A stretch of DNA of 64,000 bases from Deferrisomatales bacterium (GTDB lineage: Bacteria; Desulfobacterota; Deferrisomatia; Deferrisomatales; JACRMM01), in assembly GCA_033551855.1 (NCBI GenBank), contig JAWSUI010000006.1, positions 58,788-122,787 of the forward strand. The letters run 5' to 3'. The notes under the pieces were generated by a model. That model did not search any database. It was given only the letters and a program-made list of their open reading frames with translations, and was not told the DNA's origin. A program made the position numbers and the translations under genes. Below, piece after piece: positions 1-9,776 of this stretch (position 1 is the first letter of the stretch; every line of letters starts with the position of its first letter).

Positions 1-139
1 GGCTGGGCACTGTAGCCATCGGGTTGCATCGGAGCGAAGAGCCTGGGGGTTCCGCCGGCACATCGGAGGGCAACCCCCGCCAGCCATCTCATCGCTGCTT
101 GGACAGGCCCTCGATACCCTTCTTTGCTCGCCGTTTTCG

Positions 140-1261
140 TCATAGGGTTTTTCTGAAGATTCTATACTTCTTGTGTGGTCTTGCACCCGTTTCCTCGATC
201 AAGGAGTTGATCGACTCGTTGTCCTCCAGGGTCCAGCCCATCTCCAGCTTTTCAAACTTCTTCTTTTCCCTGGCAATTTCATAGATGTGCCGGAAAGCCA
301 ATATGGGAAACCCCAGTTGACGGTACTTCTCCTTGACCCCAAACATCAGCAACCTCAACCCGTTGATTTCCCGCCGGTAGAGGAGTGCCTTTGCAATGCC
401 CAGCAGGCCGATCCGGCCGTTGAGGCGTTTGAGCAAGGGGTTGATGTCGGGAAAGATCACGCAGACCGCCGCTGGTTCCTCTTCATGGTGGATGAAGAAC
501 ACGAGATCCGGGTCCGCGAAGGGCTTCACGCTCTTCTGGATGTCCTTCATTTCGCGATCGCTCAAAGGGACAAAACCCCAATTCCCGGACCAGGACTCAT
601 TGTATATTTCCCGGATCAGGCCGAATTCTGCATCCCGATTCTCCGGGTCTACCTGCCGGATACGGACACCCTTCTTGTTGGCGACCTTTTCAGCAAGACG
701 CTCCATCCAATCCGGCAGCCGGTACTCTCCTTCTATTTTGAAGGCCAACAGATCCTTTTCTTTGGTGAAACCGTAGGATTCGGCCAGCCGTTGGTAATAC
801 GGCGGGTTGTACGCCATCATCACGGCAGGCGGAACTTCGAAACCTTCGATGAGCAAGCCCGCTTCGTAATTCAACGAAGGGCTGAGCGGACCCCTCAGGA
901 ACGTCATCCCCTTCTGCCGCGCCCAGGTCTCCACGGAAGAGTAGAGGGCCGCCGCGACCTCCGGGTCGTCCGTGCACTCGAAGAAACCCCAGATGGCCAT
1001 CTTCTCGTCGTGGCACTCGTTCGAGCGACGGTCGATGATGCCGGCGATCCTTCCCACCGTCTTCGATCCGCGCCGGGCCAGAAAGAGGATGCGCTCGGAA
1101 AACTCCCAGAAAGGGTGTGCATCGGGGGTCAACAGGCGGCGAACCTCTTTCCTTAGGGGGGGGACCCAATGGGGGAAGTCGGCATAGATCTTCCAAGGAA
1201 GGTCGATGAAGGCCTGCCAGTCCGATCGGGAGTCGACAGGAAGAATCTCTACGCCGGCCAT
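140..1261 (-). CDS. GNAT-fold acyltransferase, YghO-like
   Basis: Start trimmed to MAGVEILP (ATG 1261, GAGGGA upstream); FIDLPWKIY..WVPPL, VGRIAGI, GFFEC, LRGP, YNPPYY, EMGWTLEDN, KKYRIF motifs typical of this family. Confidence 0.75.
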   Translation of the reverse strand: MAGVEILPVDSRSDWQAFIDLPWKIYADFPHWVPPLRKEVRRLLTPDAHPFWEFSERILFLARRGSKTVGRIAGIIDRRSNECHDEKMAIWGFFECTDDPEVAAALYSSVETWARQKGMTFLRGPLSPSLNYEAGLLIEGFEVPPAVMMAYNPPYYQRLAESYGFTKEKDLLAFKIEGEYRLPDWMERLAEKVANKKGVRIRQVDPENRDAEFGLIREIYNESWSGNWGFVPLSDREMKDIQKSVKPFADPDLVFFIHHEEEPAAVCVIFPDINPLLKRLNGRIGLLGIAKALLYRREINGLRLLMFGVKEKYRQLGFPILAFRHIYEIAREKKKFEKLEMGWTLEDNESINSLIEETGARPHKKYRIFRKTL

Positions 1262-1971
1262 GGTCGCTTCCCTCGATTTGCGGCAGCCCGGGGGCCCCGC
1301 GTTCGTCCGTGTGCCGTGTAGCTGCCAATCCCTGTAGGGGCGAAGTGCGGTTCTTCCGGAAAGGGCCCCCGTCCGCCTACGTGGTCGGGCCCACCCGATC
1401 GTCCCTGGGCACGAGCACCCAGTCATTTCCGGGATGATCCGAAATTCGTTTCTCTTCCAGACCGCCTGGGTAGTCCCGTTGTAGCGGCCTGGCCGCGACG
1501 CGGGACGAGGCCGGTAGAGTGGGCACGGCCCACCGGTTTCCGGTCGTGGCGGTGGTTGCTGAAATTCTTGAGCGCTGCATGCAGGAACGATACCGCCCAA
1601 TGGTGGTCCGTCAAATTTCGAAACCCGGAAGCCCACCGCCCCGCTGGCCCGTCACATGGTGCAGTTCCGTCACATGTGGCGACCGTGGCCGGGGCGGATT
1701 TCCTTGAAAGGCTTTCCGTTTTCCTTGCATTGGCGGTGCGTTACGTGTGCGGCGCGACTCAGGGCGCTGACGGTCCATCGCTTGCACACTCTCCCTAGCA
1801 GGGCAAGCCGGCGGTGGTGAGCCCTCCACGGGGCGCGCGGGGCGGAGAAAGGGTGGTGACCAGGGGATGGTTCGATGGAGAGCTTCACGATGGAGTGGAA
1901 CCGTGGATATCCGGAGAGGGTGGTTTTCTGGGCGGCTTCCGACGGAACGGCAGACGCGAAGGGAGGACACT

Positions 1972-2151
1972 ATGAAGTCGAGCATTCGCGACAAGACCGA
2001 GGGTACGTTTCACGAGGCGAAGGGGAAGGTGAAGGAGAAGACCGGGGAGCTCATTGACAACCCCGAGCTCGAGGCCGAAGGCACTGCGGAGAAGGTCGCA
2101 GGGAAGATCCAAAAGAAGGTCGGTGACGTCAAGGAGGATCTTGGGAAATAG
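1972..2151 (+). CDS. CsbD family stress protein
   Basis: GGAGG RBS; 59 aa MKSSIRDKTEGTFHEAKGKVKEKTG...LEAEG..EKVAGKIQKKVG pattern. Confidence 0.9.
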   Translation: MKSSIRDKTEGTFHEAKGKVKEKTGELIDNPELEAEGTAEKVAGKIQKKVGDVKEDLGK

Positions 2152-2293
2152 GTGAAGCGCTACTTCTGCAAGTTGCCATTTTGTGTGGGCCGGCATTGCA
2201 GGCAACTGGGGGTGGCGAAGCTGGTAGCAGAGTGAGTTTCCGTGCACGCAGGGCGGAACAAGACAAGAAACCACAGAATTGAGGAATCGAGCC

Positions 2294-3049
2294 ATGAAGA
2301 CAGTTTATGCAGCATCTATCGTTGTGGCAGCGGTCGCGCTGCTGGTACTGGGCGGTCTCGCCCGCGCGTCGCAAATGGACACCGACATCGAGACCAGTGC
2401 GAAACAGTCGTATGTCTTCAAAACCTACCTAGAGGGGGATGACGTGAAGGTGCAGTCCAAGGACGGAGTCGTCACGTTGACCGGAACCGTCTCCGAGGAA
2501 TCCAGGAAGTCCTTGGCCGGGGAGACCGTGGCGGCGTTGCCGAATGTGAAGAAGGTGGAAAACAAGATTGAGGTCAAGGGAGAGAGCCCTGCCGAGCGGT
2601 CGGACGCATGGCTCAAGATGAAGGTGAAGACGTCCCTCTTCTTCCATCGCAGCGTGAGCGCCTCGACCGAGGTTGACGTCAACGACGGCGTCGTGACCCT
2701 GCGAGGCGAAGCCGACAGCCAGGCGGAAAAGGACCTTACTGCCGAGTACGCCAAGGATGTGGAAGGGGTCAAGAGCGTAAAGAATGAAATGACCGTGGCA
2801 AAGAAGACCCCCAAAGAGAAGCGGACGGTAGGGGACAAGATCGACGACGCGTCCATCACTGCCCTGGTCAAGACGGCGTTGCTCACGCACAAGTCGACCA
2901 GTGGCCTCAAGACGTCCGTCCAGACCAAGGATGGTGTGGTGACCCTGAGCGGAGAGGCCGCCAACGCAGCCGAGGTGGCCTTGGCCACCAAGCGGGCAAG
3001 CGACGTCAAGGGGGTGAAGTCCGTAGACAACCGGATGACCGTCAAGTAG
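2294..3049 (+). CDS. BON-domain (OsmY-like) protein with three BON domains
   Basis: Signal peptide; three DGVVTLxG repeats; DDASITALVKTAL; VKGVKSVDN. Confidence 0.9.
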   Translation: MKTVYAASIVVAAVALLVLGGLARASQMDTDIETSAKQSYVFKTYLEGDDVKVQSKDGVVTLTGTVSEESRKSLAGETVAALPNVKKVENKIEVKGESPAERSDAWLKMKVKTSLFFHRSVSASTEVDVNDGVVTLRGEADSQAEKDLTAEYAKDVEGVKSVKNEMTVAKKTPKEKRTVGDKIDDASITALVKTALLTHKSTSGLKTSVQTKDGVVTLSGEAANAAEVALATKRASDVKGVKSVDNRMTVK

Positions 3050-3070
3050 TTCGGTCCCGGGCCGAGAATG

Positions 3071-3110
3071 CCAATGCCGGCTATTACGCGGCCCGAATAG
3101 CCGGCATTGG
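3071..3110. terminator. Perfect 15-bp inverted repeat downstream of the BON gene
   Basis: CCAATGCCGGCTATT-N10-AATAGCCGGCATTGG, 22 nt after the stop; no clear U-tract, so it may be an RNA-stability hairpin. Confidence 0.45.
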
Positions 3111-3182
3111 GCGGGGCAAACACACATGTTTTGCTACTGGGCCAAAAAATGCGGTGGTTTTCCAAGCCGGAAAGGCAACCTC

Positions 3183-3827
3183 ATGCAAATTCGATTTCAA
3201 GGCGTTCCCGCTCTTGCCACAGCACTACTCGGATTGCTCATCATCCTGCCCGCTTGCGCAACCACCGGGCGGGATCGGGCCACAAAGACAACTGCGTCGA
3301 TAACGGCTGTGGAATCAGACTACAAGGAAGCTTCGAATCAAATTGATGCAACCAATTCATCGTTGCTGGAGCTTATCCAACCTATCCAGCAAAACGTAAA
3401 AAAAGCCTACAGTGATTACGCTGCCAACGTGAATAAGACCGAGAAGCTGGCCACGCAGCTGCACCGCCACACAGAACAGATGACCCTACGACGCGATGCC
3501 TACTTCACCGAGTGGGAAGGTGAGTACACGAGCCCCGCGATCCGGGAGCTCGGGGAACGGCGCCGTATGGAGCTGAAGGCGGTGTACGCGCAAATCCCCG
3601 AGGCCAGCATTGGACTCAGGGGCGACCTCGCGTCCTATGTCACGGATATCCGGGAGATCGAGATGTATCTCTCGAACGACCTCACGCCCCAGGGAATCCA
3701 AGCCATCCGGCCGATCGCCCAGAGGGCGGTGAAGGACGGCGAGAGCGTGAAGGAGGGGATTCACCGCGTTCTGCTCGCCATCGGCCGCGTCCAAACCGAG
3801 ATGGGTCAAGGCGGAATGAAGCAGTGA
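3183..3827 (+). CDS. Helical lipoprotein, DUF2959-like
   Basis: Lipobox LPAC; YFTEW; DIREIEMYLSNDLTPQGI motif. Confidence 0.6.
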   Translation: MQIRFQGVPALATALLGLLIILPACATTGRDRATKTTASITAVESDYKEASNQIDATNSSLLELIQPIQQNVKKAYSDYAANVNKTEKLATQLHRHTEQMTLRRDAYFTEWEGEYTSPAIRELGERRRMELKAVYAQIPEASIGLRGDLASYVTDIREIEMYLSNDLTPQGIQAIRPIAQRAVKDGESVKEGIHRVLLAIGRVQTEMGQGGMKQ

Positions 3828-4110
3828 CCCCGGTGACGGCGGGGCGGATTCCGCCCGGCGCCCCGCCTGCGGGGTCGACAAGGATTCGAATCTTGCCCCC
3901 GTGGAGAAAGTGCAGACAGGTGTCAATCGGATAGAATTTGTAGCCACTTGGATATATCGATGCAATCCGTCGTTGACCGGGGGCCGATTTGCTGAAGAAT
4001 CAAGAGTATCGACTGGTTTTCTCAACAAATCGACGGATGGATCTTTTCTTTGTATGTTTCTTTGATACTCAAGCGCTCCAATGGGTAACGCCACTTGGAA
4101 GGAGAAAACC

Positions 4111-4260
4111 ATGCTGTGGACAATTGTTGTAGTTCTGATCGTTCTGTGGCTTTTGGGCTTGGTGAGCAGCTACACCATGGGAGGCTTAATCCATGTTTTG
4201 CTGGTGATCGCCGTTATTGTGGTGCTGCTCAATCTGATTCAAGGCCGCAGGGTCCGGTAG
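4111..4260 (+). CDS. lmo0937 family (DUF5670) small membrane protein, copy 1; absent from ORF track
   Basis: GGAG RBS; MLWTIVVVLIVLWLLGLVSSYTMGGLIHVLLVIAVIVVLLNLIQGRRVR* read manually. Confidence 0.9.
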   Translation: MLWTIVVVLIVLWLLGLVSSYTMGGLIHVLLVIAVIVVLLNLIQGRRVR

Positions 4261-4280
4261 GAGCCAGGAGGAGGGGCAAG

Positions 4281-4427
4281 ATGCTCACGACCATTGCGGT
4301 CGCCTTGGTTGTTCTCTGGTTTCTCGGTCTCGTCACCTCGTACACCATGGGCGGTCTGGTTCACATCTTACTCGTCATAGCAGTCGTCGTGCTCCTGATT
4401 CGTGTCCTTCAAGGACGGCGCCTGTAA
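4281..4427 (+). CDS. lmo0937 family (DUF5670) small membrane protein, copy 2
   Basis: AGGAGG RBS; MLTTIAVALVVLWFLGLVTSYTMGGLVHILLVIAVVVLLIRVLQGRRL*. Confidence 0.9.
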   Translation: MLTTIAVALVVLWFLGLVTSYTMGGLVHILLVIAVVVLLIRVLQGRRL

Positions 4428-4561
4428 CCGCTCTTGGCGCATTGCACACAGAGAGCGAGGGGCAGAGTATCGATTTGATTGTTGGTCGCATTGTTGCGGT
4501 CCCTTCTTTGTGTGCCACCCGTTGCGCAGATGAGCACCCTCCTTGAATTGGAGACCGCGAA

Positions 4562-4783
4562 ATGAGCGCAGTCAAGATTGCCGCAATCGCGCTGATCGTG
4601 GCCGGAATCCTTGGATTGGTCTACGGCGGGTTCAGCTATACGAAGGGAACGCACGAGGCGAAGCTGGGACCGATCGAGCTGTCGGTGAAGGACCGCCAGC
4701 GGGTGAACGTCCCGGTTTGGGCCGGGGTCGGGGCCATCGTGGCCGGCGGTGCACTCCTGGTCTTTGGGGGCAGGAAAGGATAG
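4562..4783 (+). CDS. Small two-helix membrane protein (DUF3185-like)
   Basis: GGAG RBS; LIVAGILGLVYGGFSYT..HEAKLGPIELSV....VNVPVWAGVGAIVAGG. Confidence 0.75.
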   Translation: MSAVKIAAIALIVAGILGLVYGGFSYTKGTHEAKLGPIELSVKDRQRVNVPVWAGVGAIVAGGALLVFGGRKG

Positions 4784-5200
4784 GCACCCCGTGGTTCGCC
4801 GAGTGGTTCGCCCGGCAGAGAGCTCCGGGTTCCCAGTAGCGGGGCAGAGGGCGCCTCGTGGGGCACGTGTGGACCGGAGTTCCGGGTCTGGACCCCCGCG
4901 AAAGCGGGGAGCTGAAAGGGGTTCGTCCGCACAACTTGTGCGCCACGGAGGGCTTCCGTATCCACGCAACACGCCGACATGCCCCGTGTTTTCGCGGCTA
5001 AAGCCGCGTCCGCGCAGCCGGACGTGGTCTTGGATCCGGTAGGGACGCCTCGCCGAGGCGTCCGTCGGGGTCCGTCGGGGTCACCATCCAAGAGCACGGC
5101 GCGTTCGGCGACCGCGCCCTACCCTCCGACGTCATCCGTGAAGGGAAGAGGGACAACCCACAGATTCCGCGGACGAACCCTGAAAGGCGACGTGGGTAGC

Positions 5201-6196
5201 ATGCGGGAAGGAAAGCTTCTGGCATGGGCACTCCTGGTGGTGGCACTTGGTTTCGGGTGCCTTCGCAGCCCCCAGGAGCTCTCCCGAGAGCACAAGGACC
5301 GGGCGCAGGCCTTGGCCGGCAAGTTCCGGGAAGCCTCCGTGGAATACCAGGCCGCGCTCCAGAGGGACCCGGGTGACGTGGAAGCCCTGTTCGGGCTCTC
5401 CCACGTCCTGGACCTCCTGGGACGCCAGGCGGAGAGCGCCCGAGTTCTCCGCAGGGCGATTGCCGCCGAACCCGACAACACCGCGGCCCGTTTGCGTCTC
5501 GCGGAAATCTCGCTGCGCGCCTGCAACTACGCCGAGGCCCTGGGGCTCGCGAGACAGGTTTCGGCCGTCAACCCCGACGACGCCGTGGCCGTTCGGCTGG
5601 AAGCCAGGGCACTGACTGCCTTGGGAGAGCGAGATCCGGCGCGGCTTCGCTGGGAGGCATTGCTCGCTTCGTCCCGGGCGGACACGGCCGCCTACCTCGA
5701 TGCGGCAGCGATGGAAGTCTCGGCCGGAGAGGCCCATCGGGCCGCGGAGCTCTTGCGGGAGGGGCTGGAGAAGTTCCCCGGTTCGGGGCCCTTGCACGTT
5801 GCGCTCGGGGGCATTCTCGCCGAAACAGAGCCCCAGGAGGCGAGGGCCCTGTTCGCGCGTGCCGAGGCTCTTGCCCCCGACGAGGCTCGGGTCTGGGTGA
5901 GCCACGCTCGGGCCCTGGTGCGCCAAGGTGTTCCAGACGAGGGCGTGGCCCTGCTCGCCCAGGCGCAGCGGGCACAGACCGAGCCGCTCCGGGAGGCGGA
6001 GCTGGCCCGGGAACGGGCCCGACTGCTGCTGGAGTTGGGCGAGGGGAGACAGGCCCAGGCCGTGCTCGACGAGGCCCGGGCGCGGCATCCCGAGCACCCC
6101 GGCCTCGCGGTGACCCTGGCCGACGCCCTCATCCTGCAAGGCCGGACCGCCGAGGCCCGCGAGCTCGTAAGACCCGAGTTTGACAGCCGATGCTGA
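5201..6196 (+). pseudogene. TPR-repeat lipoprotein, probably 3'-truncated by the IS1634 remnant
   Basis: Lipobox-like LGFGC; repeated A...P....A...LA TPR helices; reading frame ends just inside IS-associated sequence. Confidence 0.6.
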
Positions 6197-6915
6197 CATG
6201 TGGTCGAAATCCCGAGGCATACCGGTGCCTTGCACGCAGGGGCGTTTCCGGTCGTGTATGTAGGCGGTCAGCCGACCCGGAGGATCTCGGGGGGATTGTG
6301 GATCGCGAGGGATTTCAGGCGGTTGCGTGCTTCGGAGCGGGCCTCGGTGATCTGCCAGACGCTGCCGTGGGGGCTCGACAATTGAGCAAGCTTGATCTGC
6401 TTGAGGTCGTCGCGGATGTTGCGCCAGGTGTCCTGACAGGCGTGCTCCGCGGCCCGCTCCAGGAGCAGCGACAGAACCGTCAGCGCCACGTGGGCGTGGA
6501 TCCGGTGGGGAGCCCAGTGGAAGACGGGCCGGAGCTTGAGGCCGCTCTTGAGAGTGCGCCAGGCCTCCTCCACCCGCATGAGCTGCTTGTAGCCCAGGGC
6601 GAGATCTTCGGCGTGGAGAGTATCGTCGTTGGAGTGGACGACGAACTTCCCGTCGAGGCGCTCGGCGGCGCGCACCTTGGCCCAGGCGATGGAGAGCTGG
6701 CCCGTCTTGCTCTGCCGGAGGTACTTGCCGTAGCGCCCACTGGCTCGCAGCTCGCAGGCCCGCTTGCTGTGCGGCTGCCCCGCGAGGTGTCGCAGAGAGG
6801 AGAGCTCCGCCTCGAGCGCGCCGAGCACCTTGTCCCGGTGGGCCCGCTGGCGCGCCTCTTCCCGGGGGTTGTGGCACACGACGCAGCGGCGCCGGCGCTC
6901 GCAGCTGGGCGCCCC
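6172..6915 (-). mobile_element. IS1634-family transposase C-terminal remnant (coding 6268-~6900) with probable right end
   Basis: VCHNP..A, DGKFVVHSN, YKQLMRVEEAWRTLKS.L.LRPVFH...RIHAHV.L..LSLLL; N-terminal part missing; boundaries approximate. Confidence 0.8.
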
Positions 6916-7103
6916 TACGGGTGAAGCGGCCGTATTCCCGAGCTCTCAGCCGCTACGCGAACCCACACGGATCGGAACAGAGCCCGGAAACCTCGTGACT
7001 GCCGCCGAACGGGGGGGCGGAGCCCTTGCCCCCCCGGCATGGCCGACCCCGATGGTCTGACGCGGATGGACTCCGAGATGCTGAGTCACAGAGGGAGGGC
7101 ACC

Positions 7104-8519
7104 ATGGGTCAGAGCAAAGATGTCATCATCATAGGTGCGGGGACCGCGGGGCTTTCCGCGTTGCGCGAGGTGCGCAAACGCACCGATAGTTTTCTCCTGA
7201 TCAATGACGGACCTTACGGAACCACCTGTGCGCGAGTAGGCTGCATGCCGTCCAAGGCGCTCATTGAAGCGGCCAACGCTTTTCATCGGCGCCACGCGTT
7301 TGAGGCCTTCGCCATTCGCGGCAGCGAGCATTTGCAGATGGATGTGCCGGGTGTGTTGCGGCGTGTTCGCGCCTTGCGCGACGAATTCGTGGCCGGGGTA
7401 CTCAAGGGCACGCAAGATCTGGGAGAGAAGAATCTGGCGGGACGTGCGCGTCTGCTTGGACCCAATCGTGTCGAGGTCAACGATCGGCAATTCGACGCCC
7501 GAAGCATCATTGTCGCAACGGGAAGCCGCCCCATCATACCAAAGCCATGGAAAGCGTTCGCAGAAAGAATCCTCACATCGGACAGTCTGTTTGAACAGAG
7601 GGATCTTCCGCGACGAATTGCGGTTATCGGTCTGGGTGTGATCGGTGTTGAAATCGCCCAGGCATTGTCGCGCCTCGGGATAGAGGTCACAGCCTTTGAA
7701 GCCGGCAGGCAGCTTGCCGGTCTGAGCGACCCGCAGGTCAATGCCGCTTTTTCCAAGCATCTCCAGCAGGAGTTTCCCTGCCACCTTGGCTCTGAGGCCC
7801 AGGTCACGGCAACCGCCGATGGTCTCCTGGTCAGAAATCAGGAGCATGAGATCGAGGTGGACAAAATACTGGTGGCGATCGGTCGCCAATCCAACATCGA
7901 TGATCTCGGCCTTGAAAACCTTGGGGTCGCCCTGGATCAGCGAGGGATGCCGCCCTTCGATCCGACGACCATGCGGATCGCAGAGCTGCCGGTCTTTCTT
8001 GCCGGCGACGTCAACGGACAGGTTCCCCTGTTGCACGAAGCTGCGGACGAAGGTCACATCGCCGGACTCAACGCAACCCGAGAGACCTGTCACTGTTTCA
8101 CGCGCCGAACGCCACTGGCCATCGTTTTTTGCGATCCCAATGTGGGGATGGTGGGTCAACGTTTCGAGAAGGTGGATGCGAGCTCCGCAATCACCGGGGA
8201 AGCCGACTTCACAAGGCAGGGCCGGGCACGAACGGCTGAAAGCAATAAAGGGCTGATGCACATCTATGCGGAAAAATCGAGCGGACGTCTGCTGGGTGCC
8301 GAAATGTGCGTGCCGGCCGCTGAGCACATGGTGCACCTGCTGGCCCTGGCGATTGAGCGCAACCTGACCGTATGGGAGCTGCTGCGTCTGCCGTTCTACC
8401 ATCCGGTTCTGGAGGAAGGCCTGCGCGGCGCGCTGCGCCAGCTGGCGCAACAACTGCCGGCGGGCGATGAATCGGACCTGGCAACATGCGGCTCATTTCG
8501 TTGTGAGGCCCTTGACTGA
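7104..8519 (+). CDS. Dihydrolipoyl dehydrogenase-like flavin disulfide oxidoreductase
   Basis: IIGAGTAG, GTTCARVGCMPSK, GLGVIG, C-terminal HPVLEE. Confidence 0.88.
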   Translation: MGQSKDVIIIGAGTAGLSALREVRKRTDSFLLINDGPYGTTCARVGCMPSKALIEAANAFHRRHAFEAFAIRGSEHLQMDVPGVLRRVRALRDEFVAGVLKGTQDLGEKNLAGRARLLGPNRVEVNDRQFDARSIIVATGSRPIIPKPWKAFAERILTSDSLFEQRDLPRRIAVIGLGVIGVEIAQALSRLGIEVTAFEAGRQLAGLSDPQVNAAFSKHLQQEFPCHLGSEAQVTATADGLLVRNQEHEIEVDKILVAIGRQSNIDDLGLENLGVALDQRGMPPFDPTTMRIAELPVFLAGDVNGQVPLLHEAADEGHIAGLNATRETCHCFTRRTPLAIVFCDPNVGMVGQRFEKVDASSAITGEADFTRQGRARTAESNKGLMHIYAEKSSGRLLGAEMCVPAAEHMVHLLALAIERNLTVWELLRLPFYHPVLEEGLRGALRQLAQQLPAGDESDLATCGSFRCEALD

Positions 8520-8679
8520 GCCAAGAAACACCCGGCTATTCAAGAAGACAAGAGCCTCACAAATCTCCAGTCAGCTGATGGGAAGTTGCGTTCGAGCGGT
8601 CTGGTGCGCGAGGGGCCCGGAGAGCCTCACGGGGGCGGGGTGCCCCCCCTTCCCCCTCTTGGGGGCTTCGCTGCCCTTT

Positions 8680-9234
8680 TTACAGACCGGCAATTTCGAG
8701 CGCAATCAACAACAACACCAGTCCAACGGCCGCCGGAACGACCACCACCCAATCGTTGACCTTGAAGAGGCGCGGCAGGGTTAGATCCCCAAAGTCACCT
8801 TTGGTCAGAATGCCTGACTTGAGCCTCGGGTAGCGCGCTGCAAACAGGCCGCTGCCGATGGTGATACCGGCCAAGCCCCCCACAAGGGCATCGAGATAGC
8901 CGTTGCCGACCGCACCGGCAATGGTGCCCGGGCAATAGCCAAGCACGGCAAACCCCACCCCGAAAATCAGACCGCCGACAACGTTTATGCCGAGTGACCC
9001 CGACTTGATGGACAGCTCGATCCAGCCGAGGTTCTTCATGGCATAAACGCCGAGCATGCCTGTCACCACCGCCGACAGCATGATTTTCAGCACGGTAAAA
9101 TCCGTTAGAAGCAATTGGCCCAGAATTACATCGTATTTCGTGGCCCCCCCCTTGTGCAGCAGAAAGCCGAAAACGATGCCGAACAGCAATCCAAACGCCA
9201 GTGGGGCCTTGGCCGATTGTTTTTGTTTCCGCAT
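8680..9234 (-). CDS. YeeE/YedE family sulfur-compound transporter half
   Basis: GIVFGFLL, GGLIFGVGFAVLGYCPGT motif. Confidence 0.88.
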   Translation of the reverse strand: MRKQKQSAKAPLAFGLLFGIVFGFLLHKGGATKYDVILGQLLLTDFTVLKIMLSAVVTGMLGVYAMKNLGWIELSIKSGSLGINVVGGLIFGVGFAVLGYCPGTIAGAVGNGYLDALVGGLAGITIGSGLFAARYPRLKSGILTKGDFGDLTLPRLFKVNDWVVVVPAAVGLVLLLIALEIAGL

Positions 9235-9245
9235 CACTCTCACCC

Positions 9246-9764
9246 TCAGCCGATGACGTGAAAGATGAATGTGGCCGTCAGAGTCCCGCCGATAAAGAAG
9301 CAGACAGTGGAAATCCAACTCGACACCGCCAACTGCAAGGTGCCGCTGATGCCGTGGCCGCTGGTGCAGCCGTTGGACCAGCGTGCGCCAAAACCAAGGA
9401 CGATGCCGCCCAGCAACGCCACCATCAGGCGCAGCAGGGCGTTGTCGCCAAAGGTCGCCGCCCACCGATCAGGCACCCATTGCCCCTGAAAATCCCCGGA
9501 AAGCAGCGCCGACAGCAGCGCTCCGAGCACAATGCCGCTCACCAGCATGCCCTGCCAGCCCCAGGAGAGCTTGATTTCCCGATAGTAGAGCTTGTCCTCG
9601 ACCTGCGCGCCCCGCACCAGCCGTTCCAGCAGGCCGCTGGCGCGGGCAAAGGTGGTGGAGCAGGCAATGGGTTGCTTCGAGATCAGAAAAGTAAACCAGC
9701 TCAACACGCCGATACCGATCCCCACGACGTAGGGCGACCAGCGCAGCCCGGTTAGAAATTCCAT
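9246..9764 (-). CDS. YeeE/YedE family sulfur-compound transporter half
   Basis: WSPY..GIGIG; GFGARWSNGCTSGHGISG motif. Confidence 0.88.
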   Translation of the reverse strand: MEFLTGLRWSPYVVGIGIGVLSWFTFLISKQPIACSTTFARASGLLERLVRGAQVEDKLYYREIKLSWGWQGMLVSGIVLGALLSALLSGDFQGQWVPDRWAATFGDNALLRLMVALLGGIVLGFGARWSNGCTSGHGISGTLQLAVSSWISTVCFFIGGTLTATFIFHVIG

Positions 9765-9776
9765 GACACCCCCTTC

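Noticed and set aside
3871..3900. GGATTCGAATC resembling a tRNA T-loop
   Set aside because: It is only a short palindrome; no cloverleaf, D-arm or acceptor stem could be built
8560..8600. GCTGATGGGAAGTTGCGTTC as a possible mobile-element end
   Set aside because: No partner end or transposase nearby; the resemblance cannot be supported without a search
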